Below, piece by piece: positions 1 through 12,307 of a DNA stretch of 64,000 nt. Positions within the stretch are counted from its first letter, which is position 1, and each line of letters begins with the position of its first letter. The notes beneath the pieces were generated by a model, which saw only the letters and a list, made by a program, of their open reading frames with translations, was not told where the DNA came from and made no database searches. The DNA is from Malacoraja senta (Eukaryota), in assembly GCA_038087875.1 (NCBI GenBank), contig JAXLNO010000146.1, positions 62,001-126,000 of the forward strand, read 5' to 3'. The position numbers were made by a program, and so were the translations under genes.

Positions 1-1427
1 AATCCACATTTTGAGCGTTGGTATTGGTGTATTTTTCCAAAATTTGAGTATTAATTTTTTTGCTGTTATTAAACCATAATTAAAAAATAATTTTTGAGAT
101 GGATTCAGTTTATTCCCAATAAATTTTGATAAAATTGAGCAAATCTTTTATTAATATCTTTAGGTAGTATTAGTAATTCACCATTCTCTGATTTAATTTT
201 GTTTATATTATTTTCTTTTTCTTGTTTTTTCAGTTGGCGCGCTTACAGCTTATGTGGTTTGTCACCAAACTCAAAATGTTCCTGTTTTGTAATTTGGAAT
301 AATCTTATTACTCTTGCCGAGAGAATTCGATTAAGTTTAAATTTCAGTAATATTATCTTATTATGTTTATCTATAGTGGAATCTTTAGCATTATCTAACT
401 CTAACTGTCTTATTTCTTGTTCTAACAACATTTGTTCTGTTTTATTCTTTTTATTTTGAAAAATTTCGTATGAAATTATAATTCCTCTAATAAATGCTTT
501 AAAGGTTTCCCATAGTAAAGAAGGTGAGGTACCTGGTGTATCATTTATCTCAAAAAATAATTTCATATGTTGTTTTAAGTATTGATAACCTTGTAAGTCA
601 TTTAAGATATATGTATTAAACCTCCAAAAAAAGTTTTTACCCGGCATTCCCTCAAATTTTACTGAAAAAGTCAACGGAGAGTGATCAGAAATACTACTAA
701 TGTGGTATGTTGGATTAATTGTATATGGCATTAATTTCATATCCACTAAAAAATAATCGATTCTTGAATATGTTTTATGTACCGAAGAGTAAAACGAATA
801 TTCCCTTCCTACTGGATTAGCAGATCTCCATACATCTGTTATATTAGTATTTTTTATATATGTATTTAGAAGTTCACTAGTATTAGATTTTAAATTAATC
901 CTTCTTTGTTTTACTGATTTGTCTAAGTATGGATCTAAAACACAGTTGAAATCCTCCCCTATTATCACATTTTGATAATTAAACTCTAATATTATATCTA
1001 TAATTTTATAAAAAAATTGAGGGTTATCAAAATTCGGAGCGTAAATATTTATCATAGTTATTGGGGTAGCATAAATATCTCCCGAAACTATGATGTACCT
1101 TCCCTCTTTATCTGATATAGTATTCTTTAATTTAAAAGGTATACCTTTTCGAATAAGAATAGCCATACCTCTAGATTTTGAAGTAAATGACGAATAATAG
1201 TAGGATTAAACGAGAACATACCTAAGTTTGAAGTTTGATCTTTATTTAATGAGGAGTTACGTAGGTGATTACGTGAAGAAACCCGCCAATGCGCCTGCGC
1301 GTCAATCTTCAAAGCAGCGGTGTGAAATCACAAAAAACAACAACCGAAGTAAAATAGTCTCATAATAAAACAAGTAATACAAGAACTTCCATCTGACCTT
1401 TATGATAGAGGGTAGGGTCGTGGTGGG

Positions 1428-1541
1428 CACGTAATCACCTACGTAACTCCTCATAAAATAAAGATCAAACTTCAAACTTAGGTAAGTTCTCGTTTAATCT
1501 TACTATTTTACTTCGGAGTCACGTGAGTGACGACGTGAAGA
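1428..1541. repeat. DIRS internal complementary region (ICR)
   Basis: 1428-1507 is the near-perfect reverse complement of the left terminus 1196-1275. 1504-1541 is the near-perfect reverse complement of the right terminus ~12429-12466. Confidence 0.93.
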
Positions 1542-1709
1542 TTTTAAAGCTTTGTGATTTCATGCCGTAGATCAATCCCGGCTTCTCACTGCATTGATTG
1601 ACTCGGAACGAGAATAATCAATCGTGCATTCATAATAACATTTGTACCACAAATGCAGTAATTCATTTTAATAATGAAATTAATCAGATCCCCTTTAAAC
1701 CAGAGGAAT

Positions 1710-2687
1710 TTACACAGAACTTAAAATAGTTTCTGCAAACAATCCCGCATTAATAATAGGCCGATGGTAAAAATGTTGAAACATCAACTCATTGGACCAC
1801 CCCGGCGGCTGCGAGGATATGGTCGACGGGGACGTCTTTCGCCCTGGCCGCCGACGTTGCTGCTGCCCTAGTTACCTAGGTAAAAACATCAGTGTTAATA
1901 CCAGCAGCTGTTAAGACTTCTTTTATCCATCTGGAAATGGTCTGTACTGAAACTCTCTTGTGTGGTTTCTTGTGTGTGATCAACAACCCAGTTTCCGTAT
2001 TTCTCAAATTCTTTGTGACCTCAATGTATTGTAACAAATATGTCTTAACACAGAGACAAGGATCATTTGGATATGCTGCTAGCACAATTTTAAATCCTGT
2101 CACACCTGGCCTACTTTGCTTTAGTAAGTCACAGATATAGAATGTAAACTTGTCTTCAGTTACTTCCATCCTGTCTTATTTGTAATTTTCCAAGTGTTTG
2201 CACTCGTTGTGCTGTCACTAATGCCATAAGCATGACTACTTTCATACTGAGCTTGGCCAAAGGTAAAGACACACTTGGTGACCATTCACGAAGTAGTTTC
2301 AGTACCACACTTACATCCCAGATTGTCATGTACCTAGGTTTCGGAGGTTTGTAATTAAAGATTCCTTTTCATTAGTCTGGAAACAAGTGGGTGTGACCCA
2401 ATTGAGTTTATTTCTGAATCCAGAACCAATGAGGACAATGCACTTCTGGCTGAATTAATTGCACTATAACTCAAACCTTCATCATAATAAAGTTTTGACA
2501 GAAGTTCTAAAACATTTGAAATATCTGCAGTACTATATTGCACATTCTTTTGTACACAGAACATTTCCCATTTCTTAATATAAGAAAGGTACTGTTTTTG
2601 AGTGCTCTTCCTCCAGGCTGCCGTAAGCATGTCCACAGTACGCTCAGACGGTCCTCGCCCCAGAAAAGGCCTTCTTAAAACCTGCAA
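1710..2687 (-). pseudogene. DIRS tyrosine recombinase (SAM-like N-terminus plus catalytic domain), frameshifted
   Basis: Motifs AWRKSTQKQY..YSAINSARSALS, TAQRVQTL, LKQSRPG..LCVKTYL..TISRWIK and TRAAATS..GW..FYHRP. The HxxR motif is damaged and there are several frameshifts. Stop at 1710-1712. Confidence 0.9.
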
Positions 2688-3085
2688 ATCAACAAATCCA
2701 AACGATCATATAATGGATGTTGTTCCCCTGTTACAGGGTGCAGCAATAGATTACTTCTTTTTGGGACTTTCATCAACTTTTGTGTTGTTAATTCTAATAT
2801 CAACGGATACCATGGCTGTGTAGACCAATCTGGTACTACTAATACCCCTGAAGCAGCATCTTGCCTGATTTTAAGCAAACATCGGCTTATGAGGCAGAAA
2901 GGTGGAAATATATATGAAAACATACCACCCCAATGTAGCGAGAAAGCATCAATCGCCACTGCTCCTGGATCTGGTTCCCATGAGACATATCTCGATAGTT
3001 GATGATTCAGTCTAGATGCGAACAAGTCGATGTCTGGCATTCCAAATCTGATTACTATGTCATTGAATACCTCTCGATTCAACAT
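2675..3085 (-). pseudogene. DIRS DNA N6-adenine methyltransferase-like domain (C-terminus of pol)
   Basis: PDIDLFAS..DAFSLHW..YIFPPF..LVVPDWSTQPWYP, the DAM-like domain characteristic of DIRS1 pol. Confidence 0.88.
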
Positions 3086-3728
3086 CCATTCTTTATTATC
3101 ATGGAACTTTCTTGAACTGGTATCTGCTATCGTAATTCATTCTACCTGGTAGATGGATAGCTGAAATCAAAATGTTATTTTCAATACACCAAGACCAAAT
3201 TTGATTAGCCATTTTGTCACATGACACCGACTTGATTCCACCCATATGATTAATATAGGCAACTGCTGTTGTGTTATCAATTTGAACTTGAACATGGTTA
3301 TTAGTCGTGTTAGAACAGTAAGCTTGGAGTCCATAGAAACATCCTAAAAGCTCCAAATAGTTAATTCCCCATGTCTGCAGTAACAATGACTCTTCCTGAT
3401 TCCATCTGCCTCCGCAGCTAGATGCTAAGTCAGTTGCACCCCATCCTAGTGCACTGGCATCAGTTTGTAATATCATGGAAGGTTGTTCAATCAGCACTTT
3501 GCTGGAACTGCTTGAGACATGTAGAATCCACCACTGCAGATCAGAAACAGCATTTGTTGTTAGTTGCATGGTTCTATCAAAATGACCAACATGCATGCTT
3601 AGTGCCTGTTCTTTAACTCTTTGCAGCTGTTGATAATGTAACGGTCCGTAATCTTCTTCTTCTTGTAGGATTCCGGCAGTGTAGACGCTGCTAAGCGTAT
3701 TACTGCCCTCCACAGGTCAAAGTTTGAA

Positions 3729-6700
3729 CTAAATTCTTACAGACAGTCCTGTAACTTGCAGGAATTGAAGAACAGCCCTGGATATCAGTTGATGTTTCTC
3801 ATTGTGTCCAAACAAAGATAAAACAGAAAAAGCCTCAACTCCAAGTCCTGTCAGTCTAACAAACAATACTTTTCTTTCTACCCTATACTTTTTACATTCT
3901 AGGAAAACATGCTTAACTGTCTCATTACTCCCACATTCACACAAGCCAGAAACATGTTTCCCTACAATGCACAAATAGTAATTTAACCCACAGTGTCCCA
4001 ACCTCAATCTACACAGTTTAACTGAGTCCCTACGGGACAGAGATGTACAGAAACATATTGTCCTAACTTCAGATTGTATAGAAAAGTAGTGTCTACCCCT
4101 GACTTCCATTTCCCATCCTCTCTGCCATTCTTTTGTTAAGCTCTCTTTAATTATTTCTCTCAGTACCACTCTCCCCAATGATACATGGATATCTATTTAT
4201 CTTCTTAAACTCTCCTTTGCTATGAGGTCCACCTGCTCATTCCCCCTCACCCCAGCATGCCCGGGAACCCAGCAAAAAGTGATGTTACACGCAAACCCAA
4301 TTCTAGAAAACACACTCAAGATTTCATTTAGAATGTCAGGACGAGCTTTAGATTTCCCTACTCTTAAAGTTTCAAGAGCAGCTGCAGAATCAGAACAGAT
4401 AATGACTTCTCTAAAACTGGCTTCCTCAATCCACCATAGAGCCCATTGAATTGCCATTAATTCAGTCGTGAGAACAGAACTTCCATCAGAAATGCACCGG
4501 CCAATCTTCAACCCAAGCTGCTCCACATACACTCCAAACCCAGCTCTCCCACTAACTGGATCTTTAGATCCATCTGTAAAAACAATCAAAGTGCTCTCAC
4601 TGATTGAATTAAGATATTCCACTATTCTTGGAGTCACCTCGCGCTTATCTTTTTCCTGAAGAAAAGCAAGCTCAATAAACAGTTCAGGAAGAACCCAATA
4701 GGGCACAGGTAGCCTTATTGTATGCTCTATAATACCCCCTTGTTCCAAACCCAATTTCCTAGCCCACTGATTTATAATGACAAAAAATGTGTTATATTTG
4801 TTACCATCATCAACCTCTTGCAACAAACACCTTGCTGGGAAGGTATCATTACACCCACAAAGTTTAGCCCAGTAATGTAACCCTAGCTTAATGCGCCTTA
4901 ACCATAAGGGCATTTCTCCCATTTCAACAATCAGGGCAGGGACTGGGGAAGTCCTGAAGGCTCCACAGCAAAGCCTCAAAGCCTTTGCCTGCAACACATC
5001 TAGCCTAGCCAGAACAGTTTTAGACGCAGACCCATACACAAAACACCCATAGTCAAGAGAAGATCTGATCATGGCCTGATAAATTAGCAGCATTATCTCC
5101 CTGTTGGCCCCCCACTCACACCCAACCAGACTTCTCATAACATTCAGAACTTTTTCACACTTCAACACAATTTTACCTACATGCACAGCCCAAGTCATAC
5201 GCTCTTCAAACCAAACACCCAAAAACTTAAAAACCTTTATCTTCTCCAATAGAGACCCATACATATACAGCCCTAACTTAGGTAACTTTCTTTTAAAACC
5301 AAATACCATATATTTAGTCTTAGAGGCAGAGATTTTAAAGCCCCACGTGTTCCCCCATTCCTCTACAGACACTAACACTCTTTGAATCTGTTTTAAAACA
5401 AACTCTACATTACAACCTCTTTTCCAGATGGCCCCGTCATCTGCAAACAAAGACAGACCAAATCCTCTCTCTAATTTACAAAATATGTCGTTTATCATGA
5501 TATTAAATAAAACTGGACTGATAACACTTCCCTGCGGGGTTCCATTCTCTATTTCTACACTCTGATCTGACACTACCAACCATTACTTGTATTGTTCTAT
5601 TCAATAAAAAATCCTTAATCCAGTTGAACATTCGTCCCCTGACTCCCAAGTCAAAAATTTTAATCATTAATCCCTCCTTCCACAAAGAATCATATGCCTT
5701 CTCAATATCAAGGAATACACTCACTACTGTTTCCTTGCTTCTAAATGCCCTTTTAATATCCTGATCCAAAACTGATACAGACTCCATTGTAGACCTTCCA
5801 TTCCTAAAGCCATTCTGTACATCAACAAATAGTCCTCTGGTTTCTAAAAAATAAACTAGTCTGTTGGTTACCATCCTCTCCATAATTTTACAGAGCACTG
5901 CTGTGAGCGCTATAGGGCGATATGAACTAGGGTCAGATACCTCTTTGCCCGGTTTTAAAATAGGGACCACGACTGCATGTTTCCATTCCTTTGGTAAATA
6001 ACCCTCTGCCCACACAGTATTAAACAAAGCTAAGATTTCATCAAGTACAGTATCATCCAGATGTTTAAATAACTCATACGACAACCTATCTCTCCCCGGG
6101 GTGGTATTTGCCCCAGACATAATTGCATCCTTCAACTCTTTTATGGTAAAAAACAGATTAAAGGTATCATTTACTAAACTCCTCTCCAGCTTCCACTAAT
6201 TAACTGCCATCATCTCGGTTCTCTTTCTACACCTCTCCACTCCTATGCTCTCTAATCTATGCACTGCTTGAAAACTGTCAACACACATGTCTGCTTTTTC
6301 CTTATTGGTGACTGCTACCACCTCACCCTTCTGCAACACTGGTAACAAACTTCTTTTATATACTCCTGACATTCTACGCACAGCTGACCACAAATGCCTT
6401 ACTGGAGTTTCCGGACCTAGCGTACCACAAAACTTCCTCCAACTATTCCTCTTTGCATCCTTTACAACTCGTCTTGCTACTGCCCTTAGCCGCTTGTACT
6501 CCATTGCATTGACCAAAATTGGATACTTTCTTAATTTTCGATAGGCTATATTCCTATTCCTTACAGCTTCATCACATTCTTTATTCCACCAAGGAACAGA
6601 CATACGGGACCTAAGTTCCTGCTTCACAGGAATAGTACAACAAGCTGCCTCATGAATCATGAGACTAATGGAAGTATTCCAACTATCTACAGAACCCTCA

Positions 6701-7499
6701 CTATTAACCTCTCCAACTAAACTTTGAGCCTTCTCTTGGAATTTATCCCATTTGGCCTGATAAAAGTTATATCTAGGGACTTTCTTTTCCACTTCTCTCC
6801 TCAAATCCCAAACCTACATAAAATTGGATAATGATCACTACCCAGTGTATATCTATTCATTACATCCCATTCACCAATTCTTGCTAAATTTGATGAAGCA
6901 ATTGATAAATCTATGTGGCTGCAGGTGTTTCTCACAATATTATACCTAGACGGCCTTCCATCATTTAACAATACCAACTCATACTTGTCTAGAAATTCTT
7001 CAACAATAACACCATTTTTATCCCTGTGATCACTACCCCATAAAGGATTATGCGCATTAAAATCTCCAATCCATATAACAGGACACCTTACCTTCTCCAT
7101 TATCTGATCAAAATCTGACAATATCAAGGGTTGACAGGGGTTATAATAATTTATCACAATGATAGAATTCTGGCTGCTCCAAACTTCCACAGCCAAAACC
7201 TCAAGATTAGAATTAATATCAACTTTCCTATACTGCAACCCAGTCTTAACAAAAGTTGCACAACCCCCACCTGATCTATCAGACCTATCTAATCGCACAC
7301 ATTCATAACCTGGGATTACAAAATCTAGACAGGGCTTTAACCATGCCTCTTGGATACATATTAATTCTGGTGCTTCTTTAAATTCATCAACAAATCTCTT
7401 TAACTCTTGACCATTTCCAATCAGACTCCGGGCGTTCCATTGAAGTATATAAAACATTATGGTGTTAATGAGGATCACCATCATCCACCTCACTGACAT
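3729..7499 (-). pseudogene. Nimb ORF2: APE endonuclease, RT, RNase H and CCHC, frameshifted
   Basis: QWNARSL, GDFNAH, SDHYP; SYRPIALT, QNGFR, FLDIEKAYD, GTPQGSVISP, LFADD; FTDGS, CSDS, WVPGHAG..GNE..D; RLRLGH..CECG..HVFLEC. Confidence 0.93.
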
Positions 7500-7730
7500 A
7501 CTCCATACTGCTAGCTCTCGACAACTGTGACCTCTCCATACACTGACTCTCCGCCATGTATTGATGCAACTTTTCTGGCAACTGCTTTACACTGAGGAAC
7601 CTTTCAGCTGCCCCACCACTAACCTGATGATATCTGACCGGTTAGCTGCTTTCTTAGCTCCTACCAGCACATCAGAATCAAAAGACAGAAATGACTCCTT
7701 ATTAAAAATCAACATGTCAGATGGAAAAGC

Positions 7731-8663
7731 CTACGGCAAGTTTGGCACAGTGATCTGGCTTCCTAGCACCACTCTAGTCCCAGCGCTCACATCTCCGCGT
7801 TCTCTAGCCACCCTTTGAGCTGCCTCTGCATATGACACGTTGTTCTGATCCTTCACTTCCTGTACTCGCTTCGCCTGAACAAAGCGCTCACAACCATGAA
7901 ACCCTGCTGCATGATCCCCATCACAGTTAGGGCACTTAGGAGCCTCTGCCTTACAATTTTGTATTGCATGATCTCCACCGCACTTTGCGCGCTTTCTTTT
8001 ACCCCGACAAGACCCAGCAACATGTCCAAACCTCTGACAGTTATAGCAGCGCAACGGTGGTTTAATGTACTCCCTCACTTGATACGCCATACTCCCAAGA
8101 AACACTCTCTGTGGCAGTACTCCATCTTTGAACGTAAGCAGGACCGGCAGGTCCCTGACTCCATTCCTACTCTTAAATCTCCCAACATCAATTACCTGGG
8201 CCCCCTTAACGTTTTCTAAGATCTCCTTCTCAGACAAGCCATCATACATCCCACACACCACTCCCTTTATTCCCTGCTCTCTTCCTCTAGGGACCAAACT
8301 CTCCACCTTGACCACCAACTTCCCCACACCCCTAGCATCATTAAACTGTTTTCTGTCTTTGCAACAAACTCTTAACATCCCATTATACAGAATCTTGGCC
8401 TGAAAATCCCTACCTATCTGGCTCTCCAAAGCGATGGTAATTTTTAATGGATTCACTGCTCTAAATCCTGCATCTCCTTGATTTGTTCCTTTAACTTTAA
8501 ACAGCACGACGAATTCTTCAATAATTCTAGTTCTCCTAACTTTACTTCCTTCGTCTCCTGACATTTCGGGTCTTTTGCTCGATGCCTCTCTCTTAGAGCC
8601 CCCCTTTTCCTTACCTACAGTCTGCCACCCACCACCCTCAGCCCCACCACTCCCTGAAGCCAT
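7731..8663 (-). pseudogene. Nimb ORF1 (gag-like, CCHC zinc knuckles); likely premature stop at 7731
   Basis: PLRCYNCQRFGHVAGSC, (C>R)AKCGGDHAIQNC and CPNCDGDHAAGFHGC. Confidence 0.88.
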
Positions 8664-9537
8664 GGGCCTCTAGAATCTTTCTCCGTACGGTCGGTCGGTC
8701 ATTAATTTCTACTCTTTCTCCCGATCTCCTGGAGCAGGGTCACCGGTCACCACTCGAGTCACTCCGGCAGTTACGACCGGCCGCGGGCCGGCCCGCTGAG
8801 TTACTCAACGGTCCGTATTGGACTGCTGGGAATGCTGCTACTACTTTTCCCAGTACTCGAGCCACCTGTCTGATTGAGGGTTTTTGCTCGTTTAACAGAT
8901 TACTGCAATCTGTAACCAACTCCACCCTTTTTTCCCTGGGCAAAGTGATTTTCATTTGAACTGAATCAATTGTGAACCCCAAATAATCAATTGAGGTACA
9001 TGGTGTTAACGTTGATTTCTTTGGATGAATTAGAAACCCCAAATTTTCAAAAGTTGATTTCACAACTGCAACAGATGCTTCTGTTGACTGTTTTGTCTTT
9101 CCTATAATCAAGACATCATCCAAGTATGCCATTAGTACATGCCCCTGTCTTGTCAGCAACCCCAGAATTGGTTTTAACAATATTCACAATATTGTGAATA
9201 TTCACAATATTGTGAATATTCTGGGAGCGGACGTTAACCCATTAGGCAGGGCTTTGAACTGCCATAACTGGTTCATCCATTTAAATTTAAGATACTTCCT
9301 ATCTTCCGAGTGAACAGACACTGAATAATATGCATCTTTTAAATCTATAGTTGCCATATAACATGCTTCTGAAATAAGTTGTTTGGCAGTCACAAATGTC
9401 TCCATTTTAAAATGTCTAAATTGAACAAAAGGATTCAGACTTGTCAAGTCTAGAATAATTCTACATCCTCCATCCTTTTTTGATCGAGGGAATACATTTG
9501 ACACAAATTGGTGAATTTGGTAGACTGATTCTTCAAT

Positions 9538-10812
9538 CTTCTTCTTCTTCGAGTCCGTTGCAATCTCAGATGTCGTTCTGCCAGTATCTGGCGCAGGTCA
9601 CAGCTGGTCGAGTCGGTTCAGCCAGGTCCTGGGGGCTGCACTGGGGGGCGTCGTCACACTCCAGTAGGTGGGACATTGTCTGTACTGCTCCACAGCTGCA
9701 TGTGTCTTCTGCCTGGTAGTTCCATGCTTTCATAAGTGCTTTACACCTCCCCTGCTCCACTCGTAATCTGTTGAGGGTCTTCCAGGTTGGCCATGGGAGG
9801 TCGTGCCCGCTGGCGAGGCATTCAGTCGGAGTGATTCCTCTCTCCATCCAGTCGTGGGCTCGTGTGTTGAGCTGGTTCCATTCATCTTTCCAGATGTTGG
9901 TCCTTGCTGTTTCTTTGGTTGTCTGGAGAGGTGGGACTGTCTGCAAGAAACTGGCTCTGGATTTCAGTCGGGGTGGAGGTGCTGTGTGTCCGTGCAGGGG
10001 GTGCCTGGTATCGATCTCCTGTGCTCTCCGCTCGTCTTGGGCGATGATGGATCATCTGATATGGGGGGGGGGCAATACCAGCTAGGGCGTAGAGGCACGG
10101 GACTGGCGTTGTCTTTATGCATCCCGTGATAATGCGGCAGGTGTCATTGAGGGCTGTGTCAACCAGTTTGGTGTGGTGGGAGCGGCTCCAGCTTGAGCAC
10201 GCGTATTCAGCTGTGGAGAAGCACAGGGCTAGAGCAGTTGCACGGATGGTTGGTGGATCAGCGCCCCACTTTGAGTTTACCAGTTTGCACAGGATGTTGT
10301 TGCGAGTGTTTACCTTGGCTTTGGTGTTCTGAAGGTGGGTTTTGAAAGAGAGTGTCCTGTCGAGTGTGACTCCGAGGTACATGGGGTGGAAGTGGTTGGA
10401 GAGTTTGTGGCCATCCCATGAGACGCTCAGTTGTTTTCCTGCATTTTTAAGATGGAAGCTGCATAGTTGGGTTCTTGATGGGTTGGGTTTCAGGTGGTTG
10501 TTATTGTAGTAGGTTGTCATCTCTTGGAGGGCGCTTTCCAGGACAGGCTCAATCTTCTGGAAGTTCTCCTGTTGGGTGGTGATGCAGAGGTCATCAACAT
10601 AGATGAAACGGCGGCATTGTGGGGGAAGTGGTTGGTCATTGGTGTAGATGTTGAAGAGGAGGGGGGCCAGTACGCTGCCTTGTGGTAGGCCATTATTTTG
10701 GGCTTTCCATTTGCTCTTCTTGTCGTTTAGTTGGACGAAGAAGCGCCTGTTGTTTAGAAGGCTTTTGATGACTTGGCACAGGTCGAGGTCACCAGTCATG
10801 TCAAAAAGTTTC
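9538..10812 (-). mobile_element. 5'-truncated Vingi-like (Ingi-related, RNaseH-less) LINE in DIRS RT
   Basis: 13-bp TSD CTGATTCTTCAAT (9525-9537 / 10813-10825) and (GAA)n tail. Motifs GLPQGSVLAP, YVDD, WGA..ALALCFSTAEY, WKTLNRLR..GRC and CSCG..QTMSHLLEC. Confidence 0.85.
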
Positions 10813-11171
10813 CTGATTCTTCAATAACACCTTTTGTATATAGGGTTTCAAGTGCAGCTTGAACCTCCATCACTTCTTTTTGTGCAAAGTGGAGAGTTCT
10901 GCTAGGAACATGCTGGACAGGCAAATCATAATTTGGATTGAATTCAATTCGAAATCCTTGTATACTATTCAGAATGACCACATCTGAAGTAATTTTCTTC
11001 CAATTTTTATAGAAGAGATGTAATCTGCCTCCAACTTTTGGACTTAATCCGGTTAGTATATTCCCATGAGAACCAGGTCCACCTACCTCTTGAGTCATTT
11101 GAGTACTCTGAGATCCCTGGGTTCTCCCGGAAGCACCCCCACCGGTTCTTGCTCCTGCTGCAGGCTGCCAA

Positions 11172-12307
11172 CTACGTCCCTGCGTTGATGAGCGACTTGG
11201 TCCTGGTCCAGGATCCGTATGACGTCTGAAAGAACTTTACAGACTTTACAACCATTGATGTTTTCATCAATCCTGTTTTCGCTTCATCTTCCAACTCTTT
11301 AATACGTCTCCCGAGATCCTCTCCAAATAGCAAGTTGGGTAATTGTATATTACTTGGTTTGCAGAGTGCTGCGAATTTCGGATTCATAGTAGGCCGTATA
11401 GCACCTTTCCTTAGACAATTGATCTCGAAGTGGGTGCTGCATAGCAACCCCAGTGCTTCCTGATGCAACTCCGTCATCTCTTGGCTTTTATCCGCTATTC
11501 TGGCAAAAGCAGTTATTCCAGAACCCAGCAGCTTTAATATTCTCTGCAATTTTAATTCTTGAGTTCTCATAGTCATACTCAACTGATTCCAGTGATTTGA
11601 TTCACTGCTGGTGCTTTCAGCAACACACAGTTACTTGGGGTCTCATGCTTTCTTGCAGTCTCATCCATCTCCTGCTGTTCCAGCTGATGGGAAACCAAGT
11701 AATTTATTAAGGAGGCCAGTTCTTCTCCTAACGGCTCTCCTGACCCTGACGGGGCAGCGAATCGTACTGCCAGTGGTGGAATATCTGCCAGCTGCCGTTC
11801 TTCACCTTGTATAGCCTCACCGTCAGAGTCGGGGTCAGAACTCTCATGACCCATAGCACGCTCCTCATCCCTGAGGGTGCATTCCATCAGCCCTGTACCA
11901 GGAGCTGTTGAGCTGCTTCCAGCAGCTTGGATTTCAGTACACTCCTCCCTGAGTGAACTTTGCTCCAACAGCCTATGTAAAAGGCTTTCCATTTGGGCAA
12001 TACGCTCAAAAGCAGTATCTAGCCCTGGAGCTACTTCCATTGCCTGGGACTCCTCCTCCGTGGGCCGTCGGGATTTAAACTTCGCCTTTCGCCCGACAGG
12101 CGCTGACTGTGTTTTAATCAGCCCCAGGTCCACAATCGCTATGCTCACCGCTGGCGACTGTACCAGGGTTAGAGGCGGTTGGTCGCTACCCGCAGCCTCC
12201 CGACTTTCTGTCGGCTGAGTCGCTCGCCTCTTCCCCCTGCCCGTTTTTTCCATGGCGTCTGTGGAAAAAATCCCCACAGACCCACAGTAAACAGACCTGG
12301 AAAACAT
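11172..12307 (-). pseudogene. DIRS gag-like ORF1 (frameshift near 11580)
   Basis: Lies between the 5' ITR and pol. Motifs PSNC..L..P.VN and LLFGEDL are typical of DIRS ORF1. Confidence 0.75.

Larger units (their letters stand above)
3651..8806 (-). mobile_element. Full-length Nimb/I-group LINE (~5.2 kb) inserted in DIRS pol
   Basis: 11-bp TSD AACGGTCCGTA (3640-3650 / 8807-8817). (GAA)n tail and 3' stem-loop at 3675-3707. ORF1 has CCHC knuckles. ORF2 is APE-RT-RNaseH-CCHC. Confidence 0.93.
3099..11098 (-). pseudogene. DIRS pol RT-RNaseH split into three pieces (10813-11098, 8807-9537, 3099-3650)
   Basis: GGRLHLFYKNW (RT start), KKDGGCRIILDL, IDLKDAY, LPNGLTSAPRIF and AYLDD. RNaseH motifs TDAS..GWGA, INYLEL and DNTTAVAYIN. 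The frame joins across both LINE insertions. Confidence 0.92.

Noticed and set aside
3099..3713. ORF beginning MEGSNTL..QEEEDYGPL as an independent gene
   Set aside because: The N-terminus is the Nimb 3' UTR and (GAA)n tail read into DIRS RNaseH.
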